Below are positions 33,044 through 43,262 of a stretch of 64,000 nucleotides of DNA, one piece after another. Position 1 is the stretch's first letter. Each line of letters begins with the position of its first letter. The notes beneath the pieces were generated by a model. That model had not been told where the DNA came from. It ran no database searches and worked only from the letters and a program-made list of their open reading frames with translations. A program made the translations under genes and the position numbers. Location of the stretch: the IMG/VR virus record IMGVR_UViG_3300010278_000003; one strand, 5' to 3'. Source of the stretch: a virus.

Positions 33044-33844
33044 TTAGATATCTTCTTCTTCCTCATCAATGTAATAGATTGAGAAGAGTTCCTGATCTGT
33101 TGAGCAAGAATTAACCATCATAGCTCCTTTGTAATCCATTGTCTGTGAATCTCCACCCTGAAGAGCAAGTGTAAATTCAGGTGAGGGCATAAATGAAGGA
33201 ATGTGAATTATTGCTGCATGAAGGACATCTGTATCACATTTATCAACAACAAGTGCCTTGAAGAATAATTCATGAGCCTTTGCAAACTTGTCACCAGAGT
33301 TTGTAATCTTAGCACCACTCTTAACATTCTTCTCAAATTTAACAAGATATCTTACTTCTTCTGCATCTGTGGGAGGTGTAAGTGTACTTACATTTGTTTC
33401 AGTTTTAATGGCAAATTCTGTTTCGTTTGCATCTGTGCCAAGTGTATATTCCTTACCCATTGAATTCTGAAGTGAAAGAGCACATACTTTAACAGAACCA
33501 TCAACATAACCAGAAATATCAATTGTTTTACCAGCGTCAACAATTTCAAGCATAGGCATAACAATTGAATGCTCCTCTGTTGCAATTTCTGCATCAACTG
33601 CTGAAAGAGCTTCAACAATTGCAAGGTTAAGGAACGCATTTGTAGCTGTAACCTCACCTTTCTTACCTGTATATTTTCTGTATACAAGGTTGCCATCCTT
33701 GTCTGTAATGTCTGTTGAATCTGCTGTAATTTCAATATTTGCCTCTGTAAGCTGTGTTAAAGCATACATAGGTGTACCATTCTTTTTCTGACCGTAACCA
33801 AACTGAAGTCTATCTACGATTACGTCACCTAATTTAAATGCCAT
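33044..33844 (-). CDS. Major tail tube protein
   Basis: Size, beta-rich acidic composition, strong RBS, position after the neck genes. Confidence 0.65.
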   Translation of the reverse strand: MAFKLGDVIVDRLQFGYGQKKNGTPMYALTQLTEANIEITADSTDITDKDGNLVYRKYTGKKGEVTATNAFLNLAIVEALSAVDAEIATEEHSIVMPMLEIVDAGKTIDISGYVDGSVKVCALSLQNSMGKEYTLGTDANETEFAIKTETNVSTLTPPTDAEEVRYLVKFEKNVKSGAKITNSGDKFAKAHELFFKALVVDKCDTDVLHAAIIHIPSFMPSPEFTLALQGGDSQTMDYKGAMMVNSCSTDQELFSIYYIDEEEEDI

Positions 33845-33893
33845 ATTGTTTCCTCCTTTAAATTATTTGATTTTTTGCAATAAAAAAGAGCGA

Positions 33894-34712
33894 TTATATA
33901 TCGCCCATAAAATTTAATGATTCCGATGGTAGCTTTGATGAATCTACAAAACCGGAATAACAGCCACGTAAAGCAGCTATTGAGTTTTCATATTTTTGGA
34001 TACGTTTAACCGCATCCATAAATTGATATATACTAACATCACGCAATTCTTCAAGCTTATATTTAAAGCCAGAATAATTCGTACATGTTGAGATTAAAGA
34101 TAATAAATTCGATGAATCATTGTTTTTATTTTCTTTTAATTTCATTTTTTCTTCTTGAATCGTCCATTGCTTAGCTGATTTACCTTTTACCTTTTCAACT
34201 TTTGGATGAATATTTAACAACTCTCGTAAATATTCAGCTATTTCCGTATATTCATTTTCAGTAAGTAAAATATCTTGAGATTTACTGTATAACAAAAATT
34301 CTTTTTTTGAATCATCTTCAGTTTTTTTCTGTAGTAATTGAAAATCTGAAAAATTTATTCCATCAAAAATTAAATCCAAAATATCTTTATAAGGAATTGC
34401 AATAGCTGGCATTAAATACGAAAATACCTCTATATCACTTACTTTGTTCCAGTCTATTTTATTTTCCCAAAGAAACAATCTTATTGAAGTTGAATTATAC
34501 AGAAAAGGAGATAACGCCTTATAAAAATTATCTTCGCCAAAATTTAAAATATCACCGATACTTGGTTGTATGATAGTAATTTTATTTACAATATATGGCT
34601 GACCAAAAAACATTTTTAACTTATCAAAATGATATTCTGGTTTATTATTTTTAAAAGGTTTATCCTCGATAATTTTATTCTGAAGTAAATCTAATGTATT
34701 TAATAAATCCAT
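33894..34712 (-). CDS. Virion morphogenesis protein
   Basis: Synteny; IIQPSIGDI and FKYKLEELRDVSIYQFMDAV motifs. Confidence 0.5.
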   Translation of the reverse strand: MDLLNTLDLLQNKIIEDKPFKNNKPEYHFDKLKMFFGQPYIVNKITIIQPSIGDILNFGEDNFYKALSPFLYNSTSIRLFLWENKIDWNKVSDIEVFSYLMPAIAIPYKDILDLIFDGINFSDFQLLQKKTEDDSKKEFLLYSKSQDILLTENEYTEIAEYLRELLNIHPKVEKVKGKSAKQWTIQEEKMKLKENKNNDSSNLLSLISTCTNYSGFKYKLEELRDVSIYQFMDAVKRIQKYENSIAALRGCYSGFVDSSKLPSESLNFMGDI

Positions 34713-34716
34713 AAAA

Positions 34717-35391
34717 TCACCTTCTTACAGAATAATTATCTATCATTGTTTTTCCACCATAAGGAGTTTTATGAATTCCATTTGTATCAATAACTTCAAA
34801 CACAAGAGTACGAACAATATAATTATTATCCATTACAGATTCTTTTGAGGATATTAACTTAGTCTGCATTCCAAATATATTAGACCAATTAAAACGATCT
34901 CTAATAATAGAAGCAATAAGATCATGACGTGGAATGCCTGTCAATTTATCCATACTATTATCACCATGTACAAATATATTAAAGGTAATATTTGTATATT
35001 TTAATGTGTCGTTATATTTTGGAACTTCATTAAAACTAACCTGATAACAAATAAAATTTTTAACATCGGTCTGGGTTTCAGGAATAAATAAAAAAGGACG
35101 TATATTTGAGCTATCACCAAAATATCTGTCCCATTCACCTAAAGATTCAAATTCTTTTTTTTCTTCGTTCCATTCCCAATTAATATTACCGTCATTATTA
35201 AACAGTTCTGTTTCAAGTTTTTTTTCGTTTAACGCATATAATAAACAAGGATTTGCCAGTAATGCTTTTTTAATTTTTTGTTTATATTGGACATTTTCAT
35301 CGTCAGGGGCGTTTCTATATATACGAAGCTTATTCAGCAAATCATCTTTTGTTATTAATTTTTCTTCCATTAAAAACACCACCTTACTCAA
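34717..35391 (-). CDS. Putative tail terminator or neck protein
   Basis: Synteny; GIPRHDLIASII motif. Confidence 0.5.
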   Translation of the reverse strand: MSKVVFLMEEKLITKDDLLNKLRIYRNAPDDENVQYKQKIKKALLANPCLLYALNEKKLETELFNNDGNINWEWNEEKKEFESLGEWDRYFGDSSNIRPFLFIPETQTDVKNFICYQVSFNEVPKYNDTLKYTNITFNIFVHGDNSMDKLTGIPRHDLIASIIRDRFNWSNIFGMQTKLISSKESVMDNNYIVRTLVFEVIDTNGIHKTPYGGKTMIDNYSVRR

Positions 35392-36673
35392 TCAAATTAA
35401 ACTGCATTACTTCGGATTCTATCGGCAAATCATCTTTAGTAATTGTACATTTAATAGATAATATTTTCCCAATAACGGAACTATCATTAGGAAACTTTAT
35501 TTTTATCTGATTAAATTCTGTACCATCTCGCCATGTCACTTTATCTGTCCAATCTTCGTTATCTATACTACAAATCCAACTAAACTTTGTGTCAGAATAT
35601 TTGATTGTAATATCTTCATTAGAATTATCAAATAAATTCACTGTAAGAGATTTGTAACTGCCACCAACTTTAATTGTTGGCGTTGAAGCTGAAACTTTAG
35701 CTGTGATAGAAAATATGGGTGTAGTTGGAACAAGTGGCTCAGACGGATCAATTTCAGAAGTATCTGTACTGTAATAATCCGCATACATTTCACCAGTTTT
35801 AAGATTTACATAATCCGTATGTTCGTTAAAGAAATTGCTGTAAATAGTAAGTTTTTGTAAGCCTAATGGGGAAGCTGATTCGCATTTTGTAATCTTCCAT
35901 ACGGAGGGATGCCTCATTAAAGCACTTACAACAACACGCATATTTTTAGAATCTTCATTTGTATACCAGATGTTTTCTGTGATAGAATTCATGGGCAACC
36001 AAATTTTATCTTGATTATCCGTGTGTCCAAAGTATCTATCTACATAAACACCACTGGTGTAACTTTGCTGTTGTCTTAATACAGACCACATACGGCGTTT
36101 AATTCTATCTTTACCGTTCTGCTCAATCCACATAAGTTCGTAATTTACTGGCAAAATTAAAAATTTGGGAAACTGATTTGCAGGTTCATCTCTACAAATT
36201 AACCATTTGTGATATATTCCTCTATCATCAGGTAGATCACAAAACAAACCTACAGGAAATGTAGCTCCGTAACGTTTTTTAAAATCTGTTTCGTAATAAT
36301 AAAGGTCATCATTTTCGTCAAATTCAAATTTTTGGCTTGGCTTAAACTGTAGATAATATTCCACTTGATTTTTATCCATAGACTGATAAGACTTTACAAT
36401 AAACTTTACATCAACTTTCGTTTTATTGGTATTTTCGTAACTCATACCATCTTTAAGTGTGTAATTAAATAGGGGAGTGACACCATCTTTATCATACTTG
36501 GTAAGAAAATCATCATGAAAATAATCATAAATGTAAGCAACTTTGTTTTGAAGATCATGTTGCCATGTTTGTCCCATAACAAAATCTGCATTTTCTTTAT
36601 GAATCTGTCCGATTGTTTTCGCACAATTTGTTTTCGTGTTTGTTACTCTTCTTGCAACGTTCAAACTCGGCAA
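35384..36673 (-). CDS. Putative head-closure protein with C-terminal Ig-like domain
   Basis: RBS GAAGGAGG, TTG start; IKVGGSYKSLTV...FSW Ig-like tail. Confidence 0.55.
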   Translation of the reverse strand: MPSLNVARRVTNTKTNCAKTIGQIHKENADFVMGQTWQHDLQNKVAYIYDYFHDDFLTKYDKDGVTPLFNYTLKDGMSYENTNKTKVDVKFIVKSYQSMDKNQVEYYLQFKPSQKFEFDENDDLYYYETDFKKRYGATFPVGLFCDLPDDRGIYHKWLICRDEPANQFPKFLILPVNYELMWIEQNGKDRIKRRMWSVLRQQQSYTSGVYVDRYFGHTDNQDKIWLPMNSITENIWYTNEDSKNMRVVVSALMRHPSVWKITKCESASPLGLQKLTIYSNFFNEHTDYVNLKTGEMYADYYSTDTSEIDPSEPLVPTTPIFSITAKVSASTPTIKVGGSYKSLTVNLFDNSNEDITIKYSDTKFSWICSIDNEDWTDKVTWRDGTEFNQIKIKFPNDSSVIGKILSIKCTITKDDLPIESEVMQFNLIE

Positions 36674-37016
36674 TCGGATCACCTCCTTCGAACATAATCT
36701 TAATGTAACTATGAGCATCTAAAATTGCTGTTCTGAAAACATTAAAATCATAATTGCTACTTAAAACTTCATTATAAGCTCCTTGAAGTACAGACATAAG
36801 AGATACCATGTAGCCATTATCATTAAACAAAGTCACAGTACCACTAAACCTATACATAACTTTTTTAAAAAAATGAAAAAATGCTTTGTCATCCTCAAAA
36901 ATCATTTGTTCGACTTGAGGATCTTTGTAAAGTAAAAGCTTGTGAATATCATTATGCATTGCACGAGCTGCTTCTTTGATTTGCTTTCCAGAAAATGAAC
37001 CATATATGTATCTCAT
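36597..37016 (-). CDS. Hypothetical head-neck region protein
   Basis: ATG 37016 next to the upstream stop. Confidence 0.55.
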   Translation of the reverse strand: MRYIYGSFSGKQIKEAARAMHNDIHKLLLYKDPQVEQMIFEDDKAFFHFFKKVMYRFSGTVTLFNDNGYMVSLMSVLQGAYNEVLSSNYDFNVFRTAILDAHSYIKIMFEGGDPIAEFERCKKSNKHENKLCENNRTDS

Positions 37017-37017
37017 A

Positions 37018-37473
37018 TTAAGACTCCGTGTTAATATAAGAATTATACATATATCCGTAATCACGTATCATTTTGTGTAATTCTTTCTTCATAGAATCAA
37101 GACGTTCAATCATATTTTTGTGATTGTCGAGTAACTTTTTTTCTTCTTTTCCTCCTATCATTACTGATGTATGAAGAATAGAATCAATTTGCGGTTGTAA
37201 CCATTCAATCGTCATTCCAAGGATAATCAAGTCTACCACAAAATCTTCATCCGATACTTTATCAACAGAATTATTTAATTCAAAACTTATCTGTTGAATT
37301 TCATCATCTAATAAAAGTGAAGAAAAAAGTCTACGTACTCTTGGATTCCCTATTACGTTATGTAATCTTTCTGTATAAATCTCAAGCAAATCATTTTCAT
37401 TTAAAGATAGTTCTTTTGGATCGTTAATACGACCTCTAGTGCGTGAAAACACCGTTTCATATGGAAGCGTCAT
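37018..37473 (-). CDS. Putative head-tail adaptor
   Basis: Helical 151-aa protein after the capsid genes; ILGMTIEWL motif. Confidence 0.55.
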   Translation of the reverse strand: MTLPYETVFSRTRGRINDPKELSLNENDLLEIYTERLHNVIGNPRVRRLFSSLLLDDEIQQISFELNNSVDKVSDEDFVVDLIILGMTIEWLQPQIDSILHTSVMIGGKEEKKLLDNHKNMIERLDSMKKELHKMIRDYGYMYNSYINTES

Positions 37474-37488
37474 TTTAACCCTCCCTTA

Positions 37489-38040
37489 TTATCTCTGTGC
37501 AAGTGTAAGTAAAAGATGTGTTTCAAAAATTTCATCAAGTGCTGTTATCTTTTTTACAGAATCATATTTTCCACTCATAATCATAGATGCAGCAATTCCT
37601 TTAAGTGACTCACGAGCACTATTAGGCAGTTCTGCAATAGCAGATTTCATCTGGTAAACTGGAAGGTTAAGAATATCTGTTAAATCCTTCTGTGTATAAA
37701 GAGAATCATATAAGGTTTTTAAATCAGGATACTGTGCAAGAAATTCTTCGTCCTGTATGATAAAACGAGGTCTTGTTATGCAAGCTTTATGTGATCGAAT
37801 CATATATACCAAATCTTGATACTCTACTTCTTCAATATCTCCATAATCAGCCCATCTATATAAAATTCCTGATTTTTCTCCTGTGACAAGAAGTTTTCCA
37901 TTAGTAAAAGATCTGCAAGGAATAACATCTTCCTTTTCATACTTGCGTATTTTAGGTTCTTCTTTTATTTTTGTTTCAACAATTTCCTGTTCCACATCTT
38001 TTGTTTCAACAGGAACTGCTGTCTTTTTCTGATACGCCAT
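37489..38040 (-). CDS. Head-associated protein (YonA-like position)
   Basis: YRWADYGDIEEVEYQDL motif; synteny. Confidence 0.5.
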   Translation of the reverse strand: MAYQKKTAVPVETKDVEQEIVETKIKEEPKIRKYEKEDVIPCRSFTNGKLLVTGEKSGILYRWADYGDIEEVEYQDLVYMIRSHKACITRPRFIIQDEEFLAQYPDLKTLYDSLYTQKDLTDILNLPVYQMKSAIAELPNSARESLKGIAASMIMSGKYDSVKKITALDEIFETHLLLTLAQR

Positions 38041-38115
38041 TTTATTTTCCTTTCTATCCAATAAAATAGGAGAGTGGTATTTCGCACTCTCCATAAATTT
38101 TTATATAATTAAATT

Positions 38116-39180
38116 TTATTCTAATGTCCACTGACCAAACTGACGTGTGATAATTGTTGCAACACCCATACGTCTCTGAGCTTCGTATGTCTGCATATCA
38201 TCTGCTGTATCACCAATCTCACTTATTTCGAGAGTAGTCTCACCGCCATCAATAAATTTAACAGGCTTGTAGTCAATTACAGGGAATATTAAAAGAACAT
38301 TTGAATCAATTAATTTCTCTGCGAGTTTGTTATCTTTAAATCTCTGAGGAATTTCAAGAAGCTGTGTTCCTTCATATGAACCAAGAATACCTGTGGCTGC
38401 CACTGCTTCTTTCTGTGAATTAGCAATCCAATCAACAGAACCATCACCTGCTAAAGCATTGAGCTTCTTAAGAGCTGTTTTTGTACCCATAATAACAACA
38501 GATGATACATTGTTTACTGTTGCAACATTAGAAATAATTTCATCAAAATCTTCTTTCTTTGTCTTGTCAAGTGTACCTGTGCCTGTAAATCCAGTTGTAA
38601 CAGGAAGCTTATTAGCGGCGTTCATAAATTCTGCATAAAGTTCATTCTGAATTTTATGTACATAAGCCTTTGCAACTGCATCAATAAGTTCTGACCAGTC
38701 TTTTCTACCTGTAAGGAAGAGTCTAATATCTCCACCAACTTTTACAGCATATCTGCTTGTAGGTACTGTATAGCTTGAGCCAGCAGCAAGTCTCTGAATT
38801 GTATAAGAATGTTGATCGCCTGAAACCTTGGCAACGTTAAGAATGATGTCTTCGTCTGTCCAGAAGTCAGTTCTGTCTCCGTCTGCAATATTTCTTGTTT
38901 CTACAAACTGATTAAAGAATTCATTATCTCTGAAACCATATTCAATTTCTCTTTCAATAATTTCTTCAATTACTTCGAAAAGAGCTGTAGCTCTATCTGA
39001 TTTTAAAGCTCTCTTAATCTGTTTATCTGTTGAGTTAGCACTAAGACCAAGTTCTTCAAAACATACATTTCTTACTGCGTCATTTGCTTCTGCTTTGCTG
39101 ATAACTCTGTTCTGTTCATCATCAAAAATCTCACGACCTGAAGCAAGGTCAAACATTAAATTTCTAACTGTGTTTTCCAT
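38116..39180 (-). CDS. Major capsid protein
   Basis: 354 aa, follows the protease/scaffold and decoration genes; FNQFVETRNIADGD and IMGTKTALKKL motifs; strong RBS and terminator. Confidence 0.75.
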   Translation of the reverse strand: MENTVRNLMFDLASGREIFDDEQNRVISKAEANDAVRNVCFEELGLSANSTDKQIKRALKSDRATALFEVIEEIIEREIEYGFRDNEFFNQFVETRNIADGDRTDFWTDEDIILNVAKVSGDQHSYTIQRLAAGSSYTVPTSRYAVKVGGDIRLFLTGRKDWSELIDAVAKAYVHKIQNELYAEFMNAANKLPVTTGFTGTGTLDKTKKEDFDEIISNVATVNNVSSVVIMGTKTALKKLNALAGDGSVDWIANSQKEAVAATGILGSYEGTQLLEIPQRFKDNKLAEKLIDSNVLLIFPVIDYKPVKFIDGGETTLEISEIGDTADDMQTYEAQRRMGVATIITRQFGQWTLE

Positions 39181-39208
39181 AATTTATACCTTTCTCCTTT
39201 CGTAAAAT

Positions 39209-39682
39209 TTAGGCAACTACCCATTTCTTCTCTGTGATAGTTGTGATTGTTGAACCTACTTTAACGTCACCTGTGAAATTTTCTTTTGAAAGTTCCCAGA
39301 CATCTCCTTCACGAGCAGGGTAGCATCTAGCTTCCATAGAAGCAGGAATATAAAAATTACTTTCAAGTAAGAATGACTTATTGTATTCCTCTTCAATAAC
39401 GGGAGGGTTATATACAATAAGAAGTTCTGATGCAGGAATATCCTCTAAAATTTCTACATAAAAGTTTCCATTAGCTGCTGTATCAACAACTTTTGCATTT
39501 ACCTTTGTAGCTTCAGCCTCTTTGTAAAGATCGAGAGATACATAATCTCCTTTAGCGATTGCAGCACCGTTCCAAAGGTCGTCTGTATGCTGGATACTAT
39601 ACATGTGACATGCTCCGTCTCTGGCAGCGACCTTCGAGGGAAAAGCAACGCCGAATTTTTCGATATTAACTTTAATAGCCAT
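39209..39682 (-). CDS. Capsid decoration or cement protein
   Basis: Position between scaffold and major capsid genes; RBS AAGGAGG. Confidence 0.55.
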   Translation of the reverse strand: MAIKVNIEKFGVAFPSKVAARDGACHMYSIQHTDDLWNGAAIAKGDYVSLDLYKEAEATKVNAKVVDTAANGNFYVEILEDIPASELLIVYNPPVIEEEYNKSFLLESNFYIPASMEARCYPAREGDVWELSKENFTGDVKVGSTITTITEKKWVVA

Positions 39683-39792
39683 TATTTTTCCTCCTTAATT
39701 TTTGACATAATAAAAAGCCATACGTTTCCGTATGACCTACCTAAAAATTATTATTTTTTTGATTTAAATTTTGCATTTATAATGAAATATAA

Positions 39793-41421
39793 TTACTTCT
39801 TGAAAATATCTCCGTATCTACCGGATCTACTATTTCTACGAGTATTCGGGTTTCCGAATAACTTCATAGAATGATTTTTTGTATTAGGCTCTTCTAATGA
39901 AAAACTACCAACAGATGCAACATGATCGGCAAAAATTACTTTTGCTTCTTTTTCTAAGTCTTCAAGAGAATAGTTGTCCATGTTTTTCTTTAATTCTGTA
40001 AATGTTTCGTTTTCTGATAACACAGAATATTTTTCATCTGCAAGAATTTCCTCACGTTTTGCATGAAGTTCATTTTTTTCGGCATTTTCTTTAAACTCTT
40101 TAAGGGCTGTGTAGTTTGAACGCATATCTTCTATAGAAAGCTTTTCTGATTCTGTAAGAAGCATAGCAAACATTTCGATTCTTTCACCAGACAACGCAAC
40201 ATTATCTCCGTCTTTTGTGTAAGACTGTTTGTAGTATTTATTACTATCCCAATCCTCCATAATAAAATAATCTTCATAAACCTGAGATACATAGCACCAT
40301 TCTGAATCATTTCTGTAAATTGAACATAACGCATTTAATGCGTAATGAATTTCATCAAATGAAATCTCAAACAATTTATTAAATAACTCATCTTTGGAAA
40401 AATCTTTATTGTCACCTTCATCATTGGAAGGCTCACCAGATTGTCCATTATCTGCATTGTCGTCATCAAACACTTCAGCAAATTTTGCTTCAAGTTCTTC
40501 ATCTGACATTTCTGCATAATCAAATGTTACATCTTCAGCAGTCTTGCCGTATTTAGCAAGTAGCTCTTCAAACTTTGTCATGTCTTTATTTATTCCTCCT
40601 TCCTTTGATTGTGTTTGAGCATGGTTTTGCTCTTTATTGAATTTAGAAAGTGTCTTATTAAGATTTTCTAAGAGTTCAATCAATTTTTCATCTTTGTCAA
40701 ATTTAATTGAATTATTAACTGTAAAATCTTCTATTTTAAAATTTGATCCAGCCATTCCTGGCTTTGATTTTGCCGACAATAAAGTTAAAGCTGAAACATA
40801 AAAGTCGTCCAAAACTAATACTTTTTCAGCACCATCAAAACTCATAGCTCTGATGCTTAATTCAATTGAACAATCTACTGTTCCTCGTCTATTCAAGATG
40901 TCAATGGCATCTTGGCAATATTCATTATATAAATACCCATGTAATACAGCCCTGTTTACATCAGCTTCTTTGTCATACTCAATAGCATTTTTAGAACCAT
41001 CAATAACACCAATTGGTTGTTCATCATAAACAGTTTTTTTAATTTCTACTTGTTTCCCATTAGAATCTGTTTCTATAACCTTTTCTATATGAAAGTCATG
41101 CGCCCCAAAATCAAGCTCACCAGTTTCTTCATCTTTTACAATATTCGCCAGAATTGGACGTAAATGTGATGATGGTAAATTCTCTTCGAAACTTTCTGTC
41201 TCTATCTTCGACTTATTTAGGTTAATTTTGTCATGAAAAGCTCTACTGACAAAAGGAGTCATTCCTTCTGTAAAACGTGTTTCACTTTCAGTATCTTTTT
41301 CAAAAAGTCCCGGCATTTTTACTACAATTTCAGCACCAGAATCATTGCTATCAAATTTTAAAAAATTATTTTGTAAACAAAAATCATATAATTCATCTAC
41401 AGTCATAACTTTTATTTTCAT
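39793..41421 (-). CDS. Prohead protease / scaffold protein
   Basis: FGAHD, CSIEL and PGMAGS motifs followed by an acidic coiled-coil region. Confidence 0.65.
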   Translation of the reverse strand: MKIKVMTVDELYDFCLQNNFLKFDSNDSGAEIVVKMPGLFEKDTESETRFTEGMTPFVSRAFHDKINLNKSKIETESFEENLPSSHLRPILANIVKDEETGELDFGAHDFHIEKVIETDSNGKQVEIKKTVYDEQPIGVIDGSKNAIEYDKEADVNRAVLHGYLYNEYCQDAIDILNRRGTVDCSIELSIRAMSFDGAEKVLVLDDFYVSALTLLSAKSKPGMAGSNFKIEDFTVNNSIKFDKDEKLIELLENLNKTLSKFNKEQNHAQTQSKEGGINKDMTKFEELLAKYGKTAEDVTFDYAEMSDEELEAKFAEVFDDDNADNGQSGEPSNDEGDNKDFSKDELFNKLFEISFDEIHYALNALCSIYRNDSEWCYVSQVYEDYFIMEDWDSNKYYKQSYTKDGDNVALSGERIEMFAMLLTESEKLSIEDMRSNYTALKEFKENAEKNELHAKREEILADEKYSVLSENETFTELKKNMDNYSLEDLEKEAKVIFADHVASVGSFSLEEPNTKNHSMKLFGNPNTRRNSRSGRYGDIFKK

Positions 41422-41489
41422 ATGTTTGTTCTGTCCCTCCTTTCTTTAAAAATGAACATAAATAAAACCACTCAAAGATAGGAGAGTGG

Positions 41490-41660
41490 TTAAAATGTAA
41501 GCATATTTGTGTATTGTATTTTTGATTTATCTTCAAACGTAAAAGGTTTGTCGTTTACAAAAATAGCAAATTCACCGTTTTTTGAAACCATTGTAAATCC
41601 TTCTTTGAGAAGGGTAGATATTGTTTCTTTGTCCAATGTTCGAATAAAATTCTGTTTCAT
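41490..41660 (-). CDS. Small hypothetical protein (56 aa, MKQNFIRTLDKET...)
   Basis: RBS AAGGGAG, ATG 41660, TAA 41490; not in the ORF track. Confidence 0.6.
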   Translation of the reverse strand: MKQNFIRTLDKETISTLLKEGFTMVSKNGEFAIFVNDKPFTFEDKSKIQYTNMLTF

Positions 41661-41676
41661 CCAGTCACTCCCTTAA

Positions 41677-43242
41677 TTATCCTTTTGCCTTATCTTTCTT
41701 GTCACGACTAGCTTCTCCTTCAGAAGATATTTCATCATCCGACTTAGTTTGTCCACCAGCATCCTTTCCAGATTGAACATAAGAAGTTTGCAATGGAACA
41801 AAACGGCTTGAAAGTTGTAAACAATCTTCTTCCAAAAAATTTAAAGCAAGGGTATCTAATTCACTAAATCCATTAATGCTGTTAATCATCAATTTGGTAG
41901 GTAGTCCATTTTGACCAGATTCCAATATTGATTTCTTAAATTCTTCTTTTGTAAAAGTCGAAACCTCAAAAAATTTAATCTTGCATGGATCTGAAATATA
42001 ACTTCCTATAATTCGATTAACAATTAATTCAGTTTGTGGAATAAGTGAGGATAGAGCAAATTCAGAGTCCACACGCATACTGCCAGAAAACGCAGTTGAT
42101 CCAGATACTGTTGCAGAGTTTAAAACCTGAGCACCGCCAGCAGTGTTCAAAATATTTTCAGTTGCCTTTTCTATTTTATTTACATCAGTAGCCTGGTCAT
42201 CTGAAAATGTCATTTTATTTAGTTTGCCCGGAATTAACGCATAAGAAGCATAATCAGGTAAAGCTTCCGAGGTCATTCTATTCCAATAAGGAATAGTTAC
42301 TTGTTCAGGGTCAACTTTAAAATCATTAGGTTCGCCACTATCAAATGTCTCCATTTCCATCCAAACGAGATTGTAAATTTGTTTCTCATCTACTACAGCT
42401 TGGATATCGGCAAGGTCTAATAAAGAAACTAAATCTGTAAACATCGGAGCAAAAACAGGGACTATTGTTTCCCAATCTTCAGCTCTAAATTTTAAGCACA
42501 CACCATATTGAGGATCAAATACTTGATATTTCTCTCCTGTTTTTTGATATGCGTTAAACATACTTTGGAAAGGCTCTCCATAATATTCAAGTAAATCTTG
42601 ATTACTTTTAAAATATGACATATCCATACAAGGTGCAAAGTCACCTTTGTTATAAAAACCTGCAATTTTACAATAATCTGGGTCAAGTGGAAGTATAAAC
42701 ATACCTTCGCCTTCGGTGTAATAAGCACAGCCATAAAATACGTCTTCTCTCAATGCTATAACATAAGCTTTGAAAAATTCGTATTGTAAATTCATATTAT
42801 CTAATGTTTTTAAAGTTTCATAATAACTTTGCAATGTCGAATCTTTATCGTTTTCGCCAGTTATATCATATTTAGGGATTACCGAGCGAATAGATAAATC
42901 AGCTTGTCCTGCATAGTACTTGACGAGCCTATAATAAATTTCACATCTATAAAATAAATAACGTGAAAGACCTCTAAGGTTCTTTTCATTAGAAGAAATA
43001 TTCTGTAAATATGCCCTGATAGTTTCCTTATTGTAGTTACTAATACTACGATAAGTTTTGGATTTCTGAATATCTCTTAATTGTTTTGCTACAGTAGTAG
43101 CATCAAATTTTGCTATACGATTTTTATTTTTTTCATAAAATTCTCTCATCTCAGCAGCAGTTGGTTGCTTTGATTGGGAAGTAGAAGAGGGTATTGTGTT
43201 TGCAGTAGGTGCATTAGCATCTACTTTCTTTGTTCTTGGCAT
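41677..43242 (-). CDS. Portal protein
   Basis: 521 aa directly after terminase; LRGLSRYLFY...YYRLVKYY and LPLDPDYCKI motifs. Confidence 0.75.
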   Translation of the reverse strand: MPRTKKVDANAPTANTIPSSTSQSKQPTAAEMREFYEKNKNRIAKFDATTVAKQLRDIQKSKTYRSISNYNKETIRAYLQNISSNEKNLRGLSRYLFYRCEIYYRLVKYYAGQADLSIRSVIPKYDITGENDKDSTLQSYYETLKTLDNMNLQYEFFKAYVIALREDVFYGCAYYTEGEGMFILPLDPDYCKIAGFYNKGDFAPCMDMSYFKSNQDLLEYYGEPFQSMFNAYQKTGEKYQVFDPQYGVCLKFRAEDWETIVPVFAPMFTDLVSLLDLADIQAVVDEKQIYNLVWMEMETFDSGEPNDFKVDPEQVTIPYWNRMTSEALPDYASYALIPGKLNKMTFSDDQATDVNKIEKATENILNTAGGAQVLNSATVSGSTAFSGSMRVDSEFALSSLIPQTELIVNRIIGSYISDPCKIKFFEVSTFTKEEFKKSILESGQNGLPTKLMINSINGFSELDTLALNFLEEDCLQLSSRFVPLQTSYVQSGKDAGGQTKSDDEISSEGEASRDKKDKAKG

Positions 43243-43262
43243 TCTTAGTTAACGCACCTCCT